Part shown: piece by piece, positions 1 to 11,116 of the stretch
Position numbering within the stretch: the stretch's first letter is position 1
How the letters are laid out: every line of letters starts with the position of its first letter
Origin: Azolla caroliniana
Taxonomy: Eukaryota > Plantae > Polypodiophyta
Length of the DNA stretch: 16,676 nt
Reading direction: 5' to 3'
Assembly (NCBI GenBank): GCA_043228905.1
Contig: JBHGNT010000729.1
Location: forward strand, 1-16,676
Position numbers and translations under genes: made by a program
The notes under the pieces: model-generated
What the model was told of the DNA's origin: nothing
The model's database searches: none
Seen by the model: the letters and a program-made list of their open reading frames with translations, nothing else

Positions 1-416
1 ATGGAAGCTAAGGAGTCGCATATGTCCTTGATCTTCGAGGTATAGTCAGCCACCGACAAATCGCGTTGTCATAGGTTGCTTAACTCCTGTCGGAGCTGAA
101 GCTTCCTAGCTATGGTGCTCGCGGCAAATATCTTCTTCAGATTTTCCCACGCACCCTTCGGCGTTTTTGCATCCCGAACGTAGCTTAATAGTTGTTCGCC
201 CACACAAGACGTGAAACAGTACATCACTCTGCTCACCGATTGTTCCCACGCCGGGAAGTCTTTGTGTGTCGAATCGGGTGTTGTGTCATTTGCTCCATCG
301 ACATAGCTCCAGTAACCGTGTCCGAGCTGGTACTAGTGCATCTTATAGGACTAAGATGCGTAGTTGTTTCTGTCGAGCTTCTCTGTTGGAAGCGAGCTAG
401 CCATTCCTCTATCCAT
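1..416 (-). pseudogene. Copia gag N-terminus (Retrotran_gag_2/UBN2-like) with three in-frame stops
   Basis: Manual translation from ATG 416 (second ATG 404): MDRGMASSLPTEKLDRNNYAS*SYKMH*YQLGHGYWSYVDGANDTTPDSTHKDFPAWEQSVSRVMYCFTSCVGEQLLSYVRDAKTPKGAWENLKKIFAASTIARKLQLRQELSNL*QRDLSVADYTSKIKDICDSLAS. KLDxxNYxxW, AWxxLxxxF and SVxDY motifs are typical of Copia gag. Stops lie at 353-351, 335-333 and 71-69. Confidence 0.92.
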
Positions 417-488
417 CGGTTTTTGCCTGTTCTTCTTGGTTAGTTTTTCTTTCAAGCTATGTCGGCTGCAGAGGTTCTCAACCCTCAC

Positions 489-500
489 GCTCTGATACCA
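489..500 (-). other. Primer-binding site, tRNA-iMet
   Basis: Plus-strand gctctgatacca is TGGTATCAGAGC on minus and directly abuts the LTR end (CA at 502-501). Confidence 0.95.
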
Positions 501-967
501 TGTGAAAGATAATGTGCAGAAGCAATAGAAAAACGAACACAGAGAAAATGCGCAAGTTTAAGGGAAAGCTTAGGTTTGCACAATACGCACGGGAGAGACA
601 GAGAGAGAGAGGGAGAGAGAGTAAAACACTAGAACTTGATTCAAAAATAATACTCAATTTGTACATAGGATGTGCTCAGTGAGCACTTTTATACAAGCCC
701 TGACAATCGGGCTGACACAAGTACTGACAGTACTTGACTGCTCATAAATGAGCCTCGACACTTACTCCCAAAACTATTCCTTACGAGGAATATCTTTCTA
801 ACGGCCTTTCAGTCTACGCACCGATACGGCCTCTCGTTATGCACCGGTTTGCGTACCGATTTACGCATCCATTTTACGCACCGGTCTGGCCTAACCGATC
901 GGTCCTAACCGATCCGGTCCTCGGCTTGCTTAGCCGATCTGGCCGATGTTGAGCTTGTCTCTCAACA
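501..967 (-). repeat. 5' LTR of the Copia element (~467 bp)
   Basis: The inner end is fixed by the PBS. The outer end is placed at ctcaaca (961-967, TGTTGAG on minus), where GC-rich sequence changes to AT-rich flank. It contains TATAAAAG and a CT-rich tract. The partner LTR is outside the window, so the outer boundary is inferred. Confidence 0.75.
686..693 (-). promoter_or_regulatory. TATA box of the Copia LTR
   Basis: cttttata on plus is TATAAAAG on minus, in the middle of the LTR and oriented toward the PBS. Confidence 0.65.
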
Positions 968-1046
968 CATCTTCTCCTCTTCTTTGTAACAATAGTTTCC
1001 TTTTTATTCTTGTTAATATAGTTTTCTAGTTTTTTGTATATTTGTG

Positions 1047-1082
1047 CTCTCTCTCTCTCTCTCATACACACACACATACATA
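1047..1082. repeat. Compound (CT)n/(AC)n microsatellite
   Basis: (CT)8 at 1047-1062 followed by an imperfect AC run. Confidence 0.9.
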
Positions 1083-1108
1083 CTCTTTCCGCTGCACAGA
1101 ATCACATT

Positions 1109-1237
<129 letters not shown>

Positions 1238-1477
1238 TAGATATTTATATAGATATTTATATTGATACATGCCTAAATGAAGAGAGAACTTGTTGTGTGT
1301 TGGCCGGAGTATGGCAGCCTGTTAATTTCTTAGTTTTCTTATTGCTACGAGGACCCACAATACTCCATCTATTTGAATGTTGGTGCCAAACTTAAGATGA
1401 TAAGGAAAACGGTGACATTAAAGGCAATGGCATAAGTGCACAAAACCCTATGTTACACTATATGTGTGCCCAAATTC

Positions 1478-1541
1478 AAAAATTTGGGTATTCTCATTTT
1501 CCCTCCCCATAAAAATTTGGGTATAATTCTCATTTTCCCTC
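1478..1541. repeat. Short tandem duplication (33-bp period)
   Basis: aaaaatttgggta---ttctcattttccctc (1478-1505) versus aaaaatttgggtataattctcattttccctc (1511-1541). Confidence 0.9.
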
Positions 1542-2329
1542 ACAACTAGATTGGGTCGCCATATTGTAGCTGCTAAACCACTCAAGAGCCAGCTGTTGCA
1601 AAGGTATGGCACACATATCATGTTCCTCACACAATTATCACCAAGTTTTGGTAGAAAATCTAGAAACAACAACACGCATGGTGAATCGCCACTTTCCAAT
1701 GGCTATTAATACATAGGTCACTACCGGTTGGTGCATGGCAGAGTGGCAACCTTAGCTCTCCTAATTGTGTAGCGTGCCCAAATGCAATAGAATCAATCCG
1801 ACACGCTTTGTGGAACTGCCCCGAGTCCCATCGAATATGGCAGGGGGTTGGTCGCTCATTGCAATTATGCCAGGTGAAAGCCTTAAACAAGTGGGGAAAT
1901 ATATGTTGGCTATCATGGTAGGCCCCAATTGATAGATACGAGCATCATTAGGAGGGGATGACTTTGGTGATAAAAGAACAAGAGGTTTTTTTCTCCACCA
2001 TCAACAATGTCCACTCAACTCTTATCAATGCCAAATCTCAAGTTGTGTTGGAATTGGTCAGCCCAATAACTCTTTGGATTATATGGAAACAATGGTGTAG
2101 ATGGGTCTTCTCCAACCAAACTGCGTAGCCAATAGTGTTAATGCAAAAGATATGGAGTAAAGTTGTAGACACTCTAAAGAGCCAATATGATGGCCTCAAG
2201 GGCGACTCCGATGAAGTTGAAAGACAACGACTAGCCTTCATCCAACAATGGTCGTCCTCCCCCTTTATTGAGTCGGTGGGCATCCACATAAGATGGACCT
2301 ATCGCGTCCCTACAGGGATTTGTATATAA
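1540..2329 (+). mobile_element. Decayed L1-type LINE ORF2 C-terminal fragment (zf-RVT domain); may extend 5' to about 1270
   Basis: One frame from ~1580 to 2329 reads KFW*KI*KQQHAW*IATFQWLLIHRSLPVGAW...CVACPNAIESIRHALWNCPESHRIW...ITLWIIWKQWCRWVF...KIW...FIQQW...IRWTYRVP. CxxC-ES-H-LW-C and LWxIWKxxC are typical of plant LINE ORF2. Six in-frame stops (1652, 1661, 1682, 1919, 1949, 2126). Confidence 0.88.
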
Positions 2330-2816
2330 TAATCTCATCTATAAAATTTTATAACTAATGGAAGGAGTTTATTTTTTGAAAAATAAATTATTTGCCCACT
2401 AAATATTATCTAAAACTATAACTAATTAGTTATGCTTTTTAGTTATATATTAGCTATAATGGTGTTTCCATTCCCATCCTTTCACCATAAGCAAAAACCC
2501 TAGGCCTTGATGTTCACTATTGACTACGTTCTGTAAAGTGTTCAAGTGATAACCCACTTGAAAGTTTATCTTACATCGTACTTCATTGTAATATTCATAC
2601 CCTTGTTCCTTTCAAGGTTAACCCACATATACTTAGTGCCTAGGTGTTGTAACTATGTATAGATATGGTACAAATTACTAGGTTATAGGAGTTGTGGATA
2701 CTTTTGTTGTAAATGAGGTGGGGACTATGTCCACTTTGGTGAGAAGGCCAGAGCGACCTTTCCTGAAATTTTGGTGGTCTATGATGTAATTGTTTGCTAA
2801 CTAATGCGAAGTAGTG

Positions 2817-2841
2817 TTTTTTTTTGGGGGGGGGGGGGGGG
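2817..2841 (+). repeat. T9-G16 homopolymer
   Basis: T run 2817-2825 and G run 2826-2841. Confidence 0.95.
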
Positions 2842-2871
2842 AATGCCATATATGTTTCCATATCAGTCAAA

Positions 2872-3992
2872 TAGTTTATATTGTATATAACTCATCACTA
2901 TTAATATTAACATCGATGGAGGCTCATGGCTAAAATTGTACGTGAATATTGAAGGAGTATATTCAATCAAGGTATGTCTGGCGAAAACTTCATAATAAAA
3001 AGTTACTATTTCCATAAGCTCAAACAATATCCTATTTGATTTGAATGGTTGTTTAATGGTCCATGAGGTTGGGATTGGGATATGGAACACATGCTCAAGG
3101 TAGTTTATAGTTCATAAGGGAATTTATCACTAAAAATTTCTTAGGTAGATTATATTGTATATAACTCATCACAATGAATGTTCTTATTGATGTGAATGTT
3201 TGTTTAATGGTCCATGAGGTTGGGGTTAGCAATGGGCACGGTTCGGTTCGGTTTCAAGGCAAAGAAACCAAATCAAACCGTTTATGAACTCTCAGTATTT
3301 AAACCAAACCATTTAAGAAAAAGTTTAAACCAAACCACTTAAGTCAAACTAGTTAAACATCTAAAGAAACAAAAATACATTAAATTAAATAAGCATTTAA
3401 GTTAAATTTATTAAATCAATAAAAAACCATTAATTAAATCATTACATCAATAAACTATTAAGGTAAAAAACAAGTTAACCAAAAACCTATAAACCTTAAA
3501 ACCAAACCTGTAAACCTATAAACCCGAGTTTTAGAACCGAACCGTTTATCGAGAATCCAAACCATTCATTTTTTTGGGAACCAATAAACCGTTAAACCAT
3601 GGCTTAACGGTTCCGTTCGGTTTGAGCCGAAACCATGCCCATTGCTAGTTGGGGTTGGGATATGGAGCACATGCTCAAGGTAGTTTATAGTTCCATAAGG
3701 GAGTTTATCACTAAAAGTTTCTTAGGTAGTTTATATTGTATATAACTCATCACAATGAATGTTGACATCAATTGAGTCTCATGGCTAAATCATACATCAA
3801 TATTATAGGACTATCCAATGAATATATGTTTGGTGAAAATTCCATAGTAAGAAGTTATTATTCCCATAAACTCCAAGGATATCTTCATTTATTTGAATAC
3901 TTGTTTAATTGATCCATTAGGTTGGGGTTGGGTTATGGATCACATGCTCAAGGTAGTTTATAGTTCCATATGGGAATTTATAACCAAAAGTT
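2872..3992. repeat. Old diverged ~274-bp tandem repeat, three copies (second internally deleted and interrupted by the MITE)
   Basis: Marker tag(t/a)ttatattgtatataactcatcac at 2872, 3146 and 3727; marker acatgctcaaggtagtttatagttc at 3089, 3669 and 3942. Many substitutions between copies. Confidence 0.9.
3227..3647. mobile_element. Non-autonomous hAT-type DNA transposon (MITE), 421 bp
   Basis: TIRs TAGCAATGGGCACGGTT / AACCATGCCCATTGCTA (16 of 17 match). Perfect 8-bp TSD GTTGGGGT at 3219-3226 and 3648-3655. Many subterminal AAACC/GGTT motifs and no ORF. Sister repeat copies show the empty site. Confidence 0.95.
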
Positions 3993-6900
3993 CACTAGTA
4001 ATTAGAAATCTCCATCAATCATCATATTTGTTGGTAAGCTGACAATGGTGGCATTTAGATACATAAGCTTTAATATCAAGACGCATCATAGGCAAAACGA
4101 AATGGGTTTAGATGACAATGAGTGTATGATGTATTTTATGAGGGTACAAAAATAAAATTCTCGTTTTCATCTTAGACAATAGACAATTTGGGAACACAAA
4201 CCTTTCCAATACGATTGAGCAAACCATTAGGAATATAGAAGGTTCTCTTCAAGGGTACAATGCTTAATAGCAGATATGTTAGATTGAGCTCTTGCCCAAG
4301 ATTTTCAAAAGGAAACTTCATCAAAGTACTTTCTTCGAAGGTGATTATAATTTATAGGATTATTAATAAAGTTAATCATCTTAACTTCATGAAGATGACT
4401 TAAAAGACATTAACAATCGTATTGACAAATTATTTTAAGCTATCTAACGGGATCAAAGTCTTGAATGAGGTTCCGTTGGTCACAAAATATTTGAAGGGCT
4501 ACCAGTCTGTGGTTAATTGATCCATTAGGTTGGGGTTGGGTTATGGATCACATGCTCAAGGTAGTTTATAGTTCCATATGGGAATTTATAACCAAAAGTT
4601 CACTAGTAATTAGAAATCTCCATCAATCATCATATTTGTTGGTAAGCTGACAATGGTGGCATTTAGATACATAAGCTTTAATATCAAGACGCATCATAGG
4701 CAAAACGAAATGGGTTTAGATGACAATGAGTGTATGATGTATTTTATGAGGGTACAAAAATAAAATTCTCGTTTTCATCTTAGACAATAGACAATTTGGG
4801 AACACAAACCTTTCCAATACGATTGAGCAAACCATTAGGAATATAGAAGGTTCTCTTCAAGGGTACAATGCTTAATAGCAGATATGTTAGATTGAGCTCT
4901 TGCCCAAGATTTTCAAAAGGAAACTTCATCAAAGTACTTTCTTCGAAGGTGATTATAATTTATAGGATTATTAATAAAGTTAATCATCTTAACTTCATGA
5001 AGATGACTTAAAAGACATTAACAATCGTATTGACAAATTATTTTAAGCTATCTAACGGGATCAAAGTCTTGAATGAGGTTCCGTTGGTCACAAAATATTT
5101 GAAGGGCTACCAGTCTGTGGTTAATTGATCCATTAGGTTGGGGTTGGGTTATGGATCACATGCTCAAGGTAGTTTATAGTTCCATATGGGAATTTATAAC
5201 CAAAAGTTCACTAGTAATTAGAAATCTCCATCAATCATCATATTTGTTGGTAAGCTGACAATGGTGGCATTTAGATACATAAGCTTTAATATCAAGACGC
5301 ATCATAGGCAAAACGAAATGGGTTTAGATGACAATGAGTGTATGATGTATTTTATGAGGGTACAAAAATAAAATTCTCGTTTTCATCTTAGACAATAGAC
5401 AATTTGGGAACACAAACCTTTCCAATACGATTGAGCAAACCATTAGGAATATAGAAGGTTCTCTTCAAGGGTACAATGCTTAATAGCAGATATGTTAGAT
5501 TGAGCTCTTGCCCAAGATTTTCAAAAGGAAACTTCATCAAAGTACTTTCTTCGAAGGTGATTATAATTTATAGGATTATTAATAAAGTTAATCATCTTAA
5601 CTTCATGAAGATGACTTAAAAGACATTAACAATCGTATTGACAAATTATTTTAAGCTATCTAACGGGATCAAAGTCTTGAATGAGGTTCCGTTGGTCACA
5701 AAATATTTGAAGGGCTACCAGTCTGTGGTTAATTGATCCATTAGGTTGGGGTTGGGTTATGGATCACATGCTCAAGGTAGTTTATAGTTCCATATGGGAA
5801 TTTATAACCAAAAGTTCACTAGTAATTAGAAATCTCCATCAATCATCATATTTGTTGGTAAGCTGACAATGGTGGCATTTAGATACATAAGCTTTAATAT
5901 CAAGACGCATCATAGGCAAAACGAAATGGGTTTAGATGACAATGAGTGTATGATGTATTTTATGAGGGTACAAAAATAAAATTCTCGTTTTCATCTTAGA
6001 CAATAGACAATTTGGGAACACAAACCTTTCCAATACGATTGAGCAAACCATTAGGAATATAGAAGGTTCTCTTCAAGGGTACAATGCTTAATAGCAGATA
6101 TGTTAGATTGAGCTCTTGCCCAAGATTTTCAAAAGGAAACTTCATCAAAGTACTTTCTTCGAAGGTGATTATAATTTATAGGATTATTAATAAAGTTAAT
6201 CATCTTAACTTCATGAAGATGACTTAAAAGACATTAACAATCGTATTGACAAATTATTTTAAGCTATCTAACGGGATCAAAGTCTTGAATGAGGTTCCGT
6301 TGGTCACAAAATATTTGAAGGGCTACCAGTCTGTGGTTAATTGATCCATTAGGTTGGGGTTGGGTTATGGATCACATGCTCAAGGTAGTTTATAGTTCCA
6401 TATGGGAATTTATAACCAAAAGTTCACTAGTAATTAGAAATCTCCATCAATCATCATATTTGTTGGTAAGCTGACAATGGTGGCATTTAGATACATAAGC
6501 TTTAATATCAAGACGCATCATAGGCAAAACGAAATGGGTTTAGATGACAATGAGTGTATGATGTATTTTATGAGGGTACAAAAATAAAATTCTCGTTTTC
6601 ATCTTAGACAATAGACAATTTGGGAACACAAACCTTTCCAATACGATTGAGCAAACCATTAGGAATATAGAAGGTTCTCTTCAAGGGTACAATGCTTAAT
6701 AGCAGATATGTTAGATTGAGCTCTTGCCCAAGATTTTCAAAAGGAAACTTCATCAAAGTACTTTCTTCGAAGGTGATTATAATTTATAGGATTATTAATA
6801 AAGTTAATCATCTTAACTTCATGAAGATGACTTAAAAGACATTAACAATCGTATTGACAAATTATTTTAAGCTATCTAACGGGATCAAAGTCTTGAATGA

Positions 6901-9379
6901 GGTTCCGTTGGTCACAAAATATTTGAAGGGCTACCAGTCTGTGGTTAATTGATCCATTAGGTTGGGGTTGGGTTATGGATCACATGCTCAAGGTAGTTTA
7001 TAGTTCCATATGGGAATTTATAACCAAAAGTTCACTAGTAATTAGAAATCTCCATCAATCATCATATTTGTTGGTAAGCTGACAATGGTGGCATTTAGAT
7101 ACATAAGCTTTAATATCAAGACGCATCATAGGCAAAACGAAATGGGTTTAGATGACAATGAGTGTATGATGTATTTTATGAGGGTACAAAAATAAAATTC
7201 TCGTTTTCATCTTAGACAATAGACAATTTGGGAACACAAACCTTTCCAATACGATTGAGCAAACCATTAGGAATATAGAAGGTTCTCTTCAAGGGTACAA
7301 TGCTTAATAGCAGATATGTTAGATTGAGCTCTTGCCCAAGATTTTCAAAAGGAAACTTCATCAAAGTACTTTCTTCGAAGGTGATTATAATTTATAGGAT
7401 TATTAATAAAGTTAATCATCTTAACTTCATGAAGATGACTTAAAAGACATTAACAATCGTATTGACAAATTATTTTAAGCTATCTAACGGGATCAAAGTC
7501 TTGAATGAGGTTCCGTTGGTCACAAAATATTTGAAGGGCTACCAGTCTGTGGTTAATTGATCCATTAGGTTGGGGTTGGGTTATGGATCACATGCTCAAG
7601 GTAGTTTATAGTTCCATATGGGAATTTATAACCAAAAGTTCACTAGTAATTAGAAATCTCCATCAATCATCATATTTGTTGGTAAGCTGACAATGGTGGC
7701 ATTTAGATACATAAGCTTTAATATCAAGACGCATCATAGGCAAAACGAAATGGGTTTAGATGACAATGAGTGTATGATGTATTTTATGAGGGTACAAAAA
7801 TAAAATTCTCGTTTTCATCTTAGACAATAGACAATTTGGGAACACAAACCTTTCCAATACGATTGAGCAAACCATTAGGAATATAGAAGGTTCTCTTCAA
7901 GGGTACAATGCTTAATAGCAGATATGTTAGATTGAGCTCTTGCCCAAGATTTTCAAAAGGAAACTTCATCAAAGTACTTTCTTCGAAGGTGATTATAATT
8001 TATAGGATTATTAATAAAGTTAATCATCTTAACTTCATGAAGATGACTTAAAAGACATTAACAATCGTATTGACAAATTATTTTAAGCTATCTAACGGGA
8101 TCAAAGTCTTGAATGAGGTTCCGTTGGTCACAAAATATTTGAAGGGCTACCAGTCTGTGGTTAATTGATCCATTAGGTTGGGGTTGGGTTATGGATCACA
8201 TGCTCAAGGTAGTTTATAGTTCCATATGGGAATTTATAACCAAAAGTTCACTAGTAATTAGAAATCTCCATCAATCATCATATTTGTTGGTAAGCTGACA
8301 ATGGTGGCATTTAGATACATAAGCTTTAATATCAAGACGCATCATAGGCAAAACGAAATGGGTTTAGATGACAATGAGTGTATGATGTATTTTATGAGGG
8401 TACAAAAATAAAATTCTCGTTTTCATCTTAGACAATAGACAATTTGGGAACACAAACCTTTCCAATACGATTGAGCAAACCATTAGGAATATAGAAGGTT
8501 CTCTTCAAGGGTACAATGCTTAATAGCAGATATGTTAGATTGAGCTCTTGCCCAAGATTTTCAAAAGGAAACTTCATCAAAGTACTTTCTTCGAAGGTGA
8601 TTATAATTTATAGGATTATTAATAAAGTTAATCATCTTAACTTCATGAAGATGACTTAAAAGACATTAACAATCGTATTGACAAATTATTTTAAGCTATC
8701 TAACGGGATCAAAGTCTTGAATGAGGTTCCGTTGGTCACAAAATATTTGAAGGGCTACCAGTCTGTGGTTAATTGATCCATTAGGTTGGGGTTGGGTTAT
8801 GGATCACATGCTCAAGGTAGTTTATAGTTCCATATGGGAATTTATAACCAAAAGTTCACTAGTAATTAGAAATCTCCATCAATCATCATATTTGTTGGTA
8901 AGCTGACAATGGTGGCATTTAGATACATAAGCTTTAATATCAAGACGCATCATAGGCAAAACGAAATGGGTTTAGATGACAATGAGTGTATGATGTATTT
9001 TATGAGGGTACAAAAATAAAATTCTCGTTTTCATCTTAGACAATAGACAATTTGGGAACACAAACCTTTCCAATACGATTGAGCAAACCATTAGGAATAT
9101 AGAAGGTTCTCTTCAAGGGTACAATGCTTAATAGCAGATATGTTAGATTGAGCTCTTGCCCAAGATTTTCAAAAGGAAACTTCATCAAAGTACTTTCTTC
9201 GAAGGTGATTATAATTTATAGGATTATTAATAAAGTTAATCATCTTAACTTCATGAAGATGACTTAAAAGACATTAACAATCGTATTGACAAATTATTTT
9301 AAGCTATCTAACGGGATCAAAGTCTTGAATGAGGTTCCGTTGGTCACAAAATATTTGAAGGGCTACCAGTCTGTGGTTA
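3905..9379. repeat. Tandem array of nine 608-bp units, no differences seen by eye
   Basis: Units start at 3905, 4513, 5121, 5729, 6337, 6945, 7553, 8161 and 8769. Total 5475 bp = 9x608 + 3-bp junction microhomology TTA. Confidence 0.99.
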
Positions 9380-11116
9380 CCCGAAAATGATTTTTATACA
9401 ATTAGTATCTTTTGATATCTTTGTGCATTCATGATCTCAAACAACTATGTTCATGAACTATATATCCATGTTGAGTAGAAGAAAGTTGCATACTCTCAAA
9501 TGAATCAGATAAGATAGATGAAGGAGATTGTTAATCATTTCTTGAAGTATGTTTACCTATTATATAATCCAAGGTAATGGGCTTGTTAACTTGCACATTT
9601 GGCCTTATAGGAGGTTACTAAATCACATCTTCTATTCTATGTAATGCAATTAAATATCTGCAATAAATCAACATAAACAACAAATGAATGAAGTTCTTGG
9701 ACATTATTAGGGATAGACTAAATTTACACTTTCTTTATCTAAGAAAAATCAATTTGTACCTCATAGTCATTGTAGTGATAAATAATATGTAGTCATCATG
9801 ATCCATCAGATAATAATTTTATGGTATGACAAGGGTTTATTTTAATGGTGACAATGACTAATATGTAGTCACCATACCATAATAAACAAAGGGCAATTAT
9901 TGCAAAAGGCAATGATTGTCCAAGTTTGAATGTGATATATCATATAATAAACAAACAATTTTGTACTACCAAGATTGGGATGAAGCTCAAAATGATACTC
10001 AGATCTAACATAACCAAGTGCTAAAAAGTTCCTTGAATTCTTTACCTCTCATCTCTCAAATAAGGCTTCACATAATGCAATCTTGCTACTTAGTGGATGT
10101 CATCCGCATTTAAGACAAGTGAAACTCACAAATTCCATTAAATGTTTAAAATGTAGAAAACACAACGTAAGGTGAAATCAAAATGTATGACATAGCTAAG
10201 TATATTTGAATATACTGCAACAAGAATATAACAATAGAGGTGTTAGCCCAGAAACTAATAGTTAAAATCATGAGTGAATGTTGGCGAATGCTGTAACACG
10301 AGAGAGTGATGGACTTATTATTATTTATTATTATCATAACCGAAAAAAGCACTAGCTTTGATATATCATATCTAAACGAAGAAAAGCACACCCCATACAT
10401 ATATCTGTAGGGGTGGATATCTATCTGATGGGAAAAAGCCGGATTGCTGGGGCGGTGCTGCCGACCATGCTGATGTATGGATCAGTGTAGCAGCCATCCA
10501 CCATGGTTGTAATCGCGGTGATGCTGCATGCTGATGGGGAGGTGCCAGGTTTACGTCATTAAAATTTTTGATGTTTCTCATCATCTATTGGGTATAATAG
10601 CTCGAATTCATCCCATGCCGAGTGATAGAATCCAGTTTATCTCACAATCATTGTGAATTTTGAGTAGCCTCCATTAGAAGTATATGAACTCCGTTATAAA
10701 AATCTCAGGATTCCAAGAAACAGAAAATGTTATAAACTAAATATTTGGCCATGTACATTTACTAAAGATTCTACTTGCATGACTGAGGAACCTGCAATTA
10801 AGAAATATTTAAATTCATGGGGAAAACCCTCAGGTATCAGAAAATAGCTATTAATCATGGTTTTAGTGTTTTCTCAATTCACTTATTTCTAGGCCAAAAA
10901 ACCTTTCAGCAAGCTCTGTAATCATTAGAACAAATTAGGGTATCTGCAGATAAGGAGAATTTGAGGATCAAAAAAAGATGCAGCAAAAATGTTATCCACT
11001 CCACCATACACATGTGCTAATGGATGATCCACAATGATTTACCAGACCATCCATCATATCTAACACCAAGTATGATCATATAGGAGGTTTACTGGTATTA
11101 TCAATTGGATGCTTGC

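Larger units (their letters stand above)
1..967 (-). mobile_element. Ty1/Copia LTR retrotransposon, 5' part (LTR + PBS + gag), running off the left edge; decayed
   Basis: On the minus strand the order is LTR (TGTTGAG...TTTCACA), then TGGTATCAGAGC, then a Copia-type gag reading frame. Confidence 0.93.
2552..10027 (-). mobile_element. Heavily decayed Ty3/Gypsy pol relic (RT - RNase H - integrase order), expanded by internal duplications; true ends not resolved
   Basis: Minus-strand motif remnants in Gypsy order: FLALGYVR (10027-10004), PNNVQELHSF (9711-9682), FESMQLSSTQHGYIVHE (9500-9450), HFRVTTDW*PFKYF (9389-9348), IQDFD, LLY..GKVCVP and MRLDIKAYVSKCHHCQ (4086-4039 and in every 608-bp unit). 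Weaker remnants: IFTYNF and TDMET (~2950-2855), YNEVRCKINFQVG (2590-2552). Support left of 4000 is weaker. Confidence 0.8.

Noticed and set aside
192-666. ORFs 192-443 (+) and 478-666 (-)
   Set aside because: The first is antisense to the Copia gag and the second lies in the LTR/PBS; neither has independent coding signals.
501-803. Shorter LTR ending at tatctttctaacg (803), which forms an inverted repeat with tgtgaaagata
   Set aside because: It ends CG rather than CA, and LTR-like GC-rich repeats continue to ctcaaca at 967. The boundary cannot be settled without the partner LTR.
2135-2329. 64-aa ORF as a stand-alone gene
   Set aside because: It is the last stop-free piece of the decayed LINE ORF2 frame.
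3905-9379. Array as CRISPR, rDNA/5S array, telomeric repeat or coding repeat
   Set aside because: It has no unique spacers, no rRNA similarity and no ORF of 60 aa or more. The TTGGGG-like motif occurs only about twice per unit, and the unit is decayed Gypsy pol.
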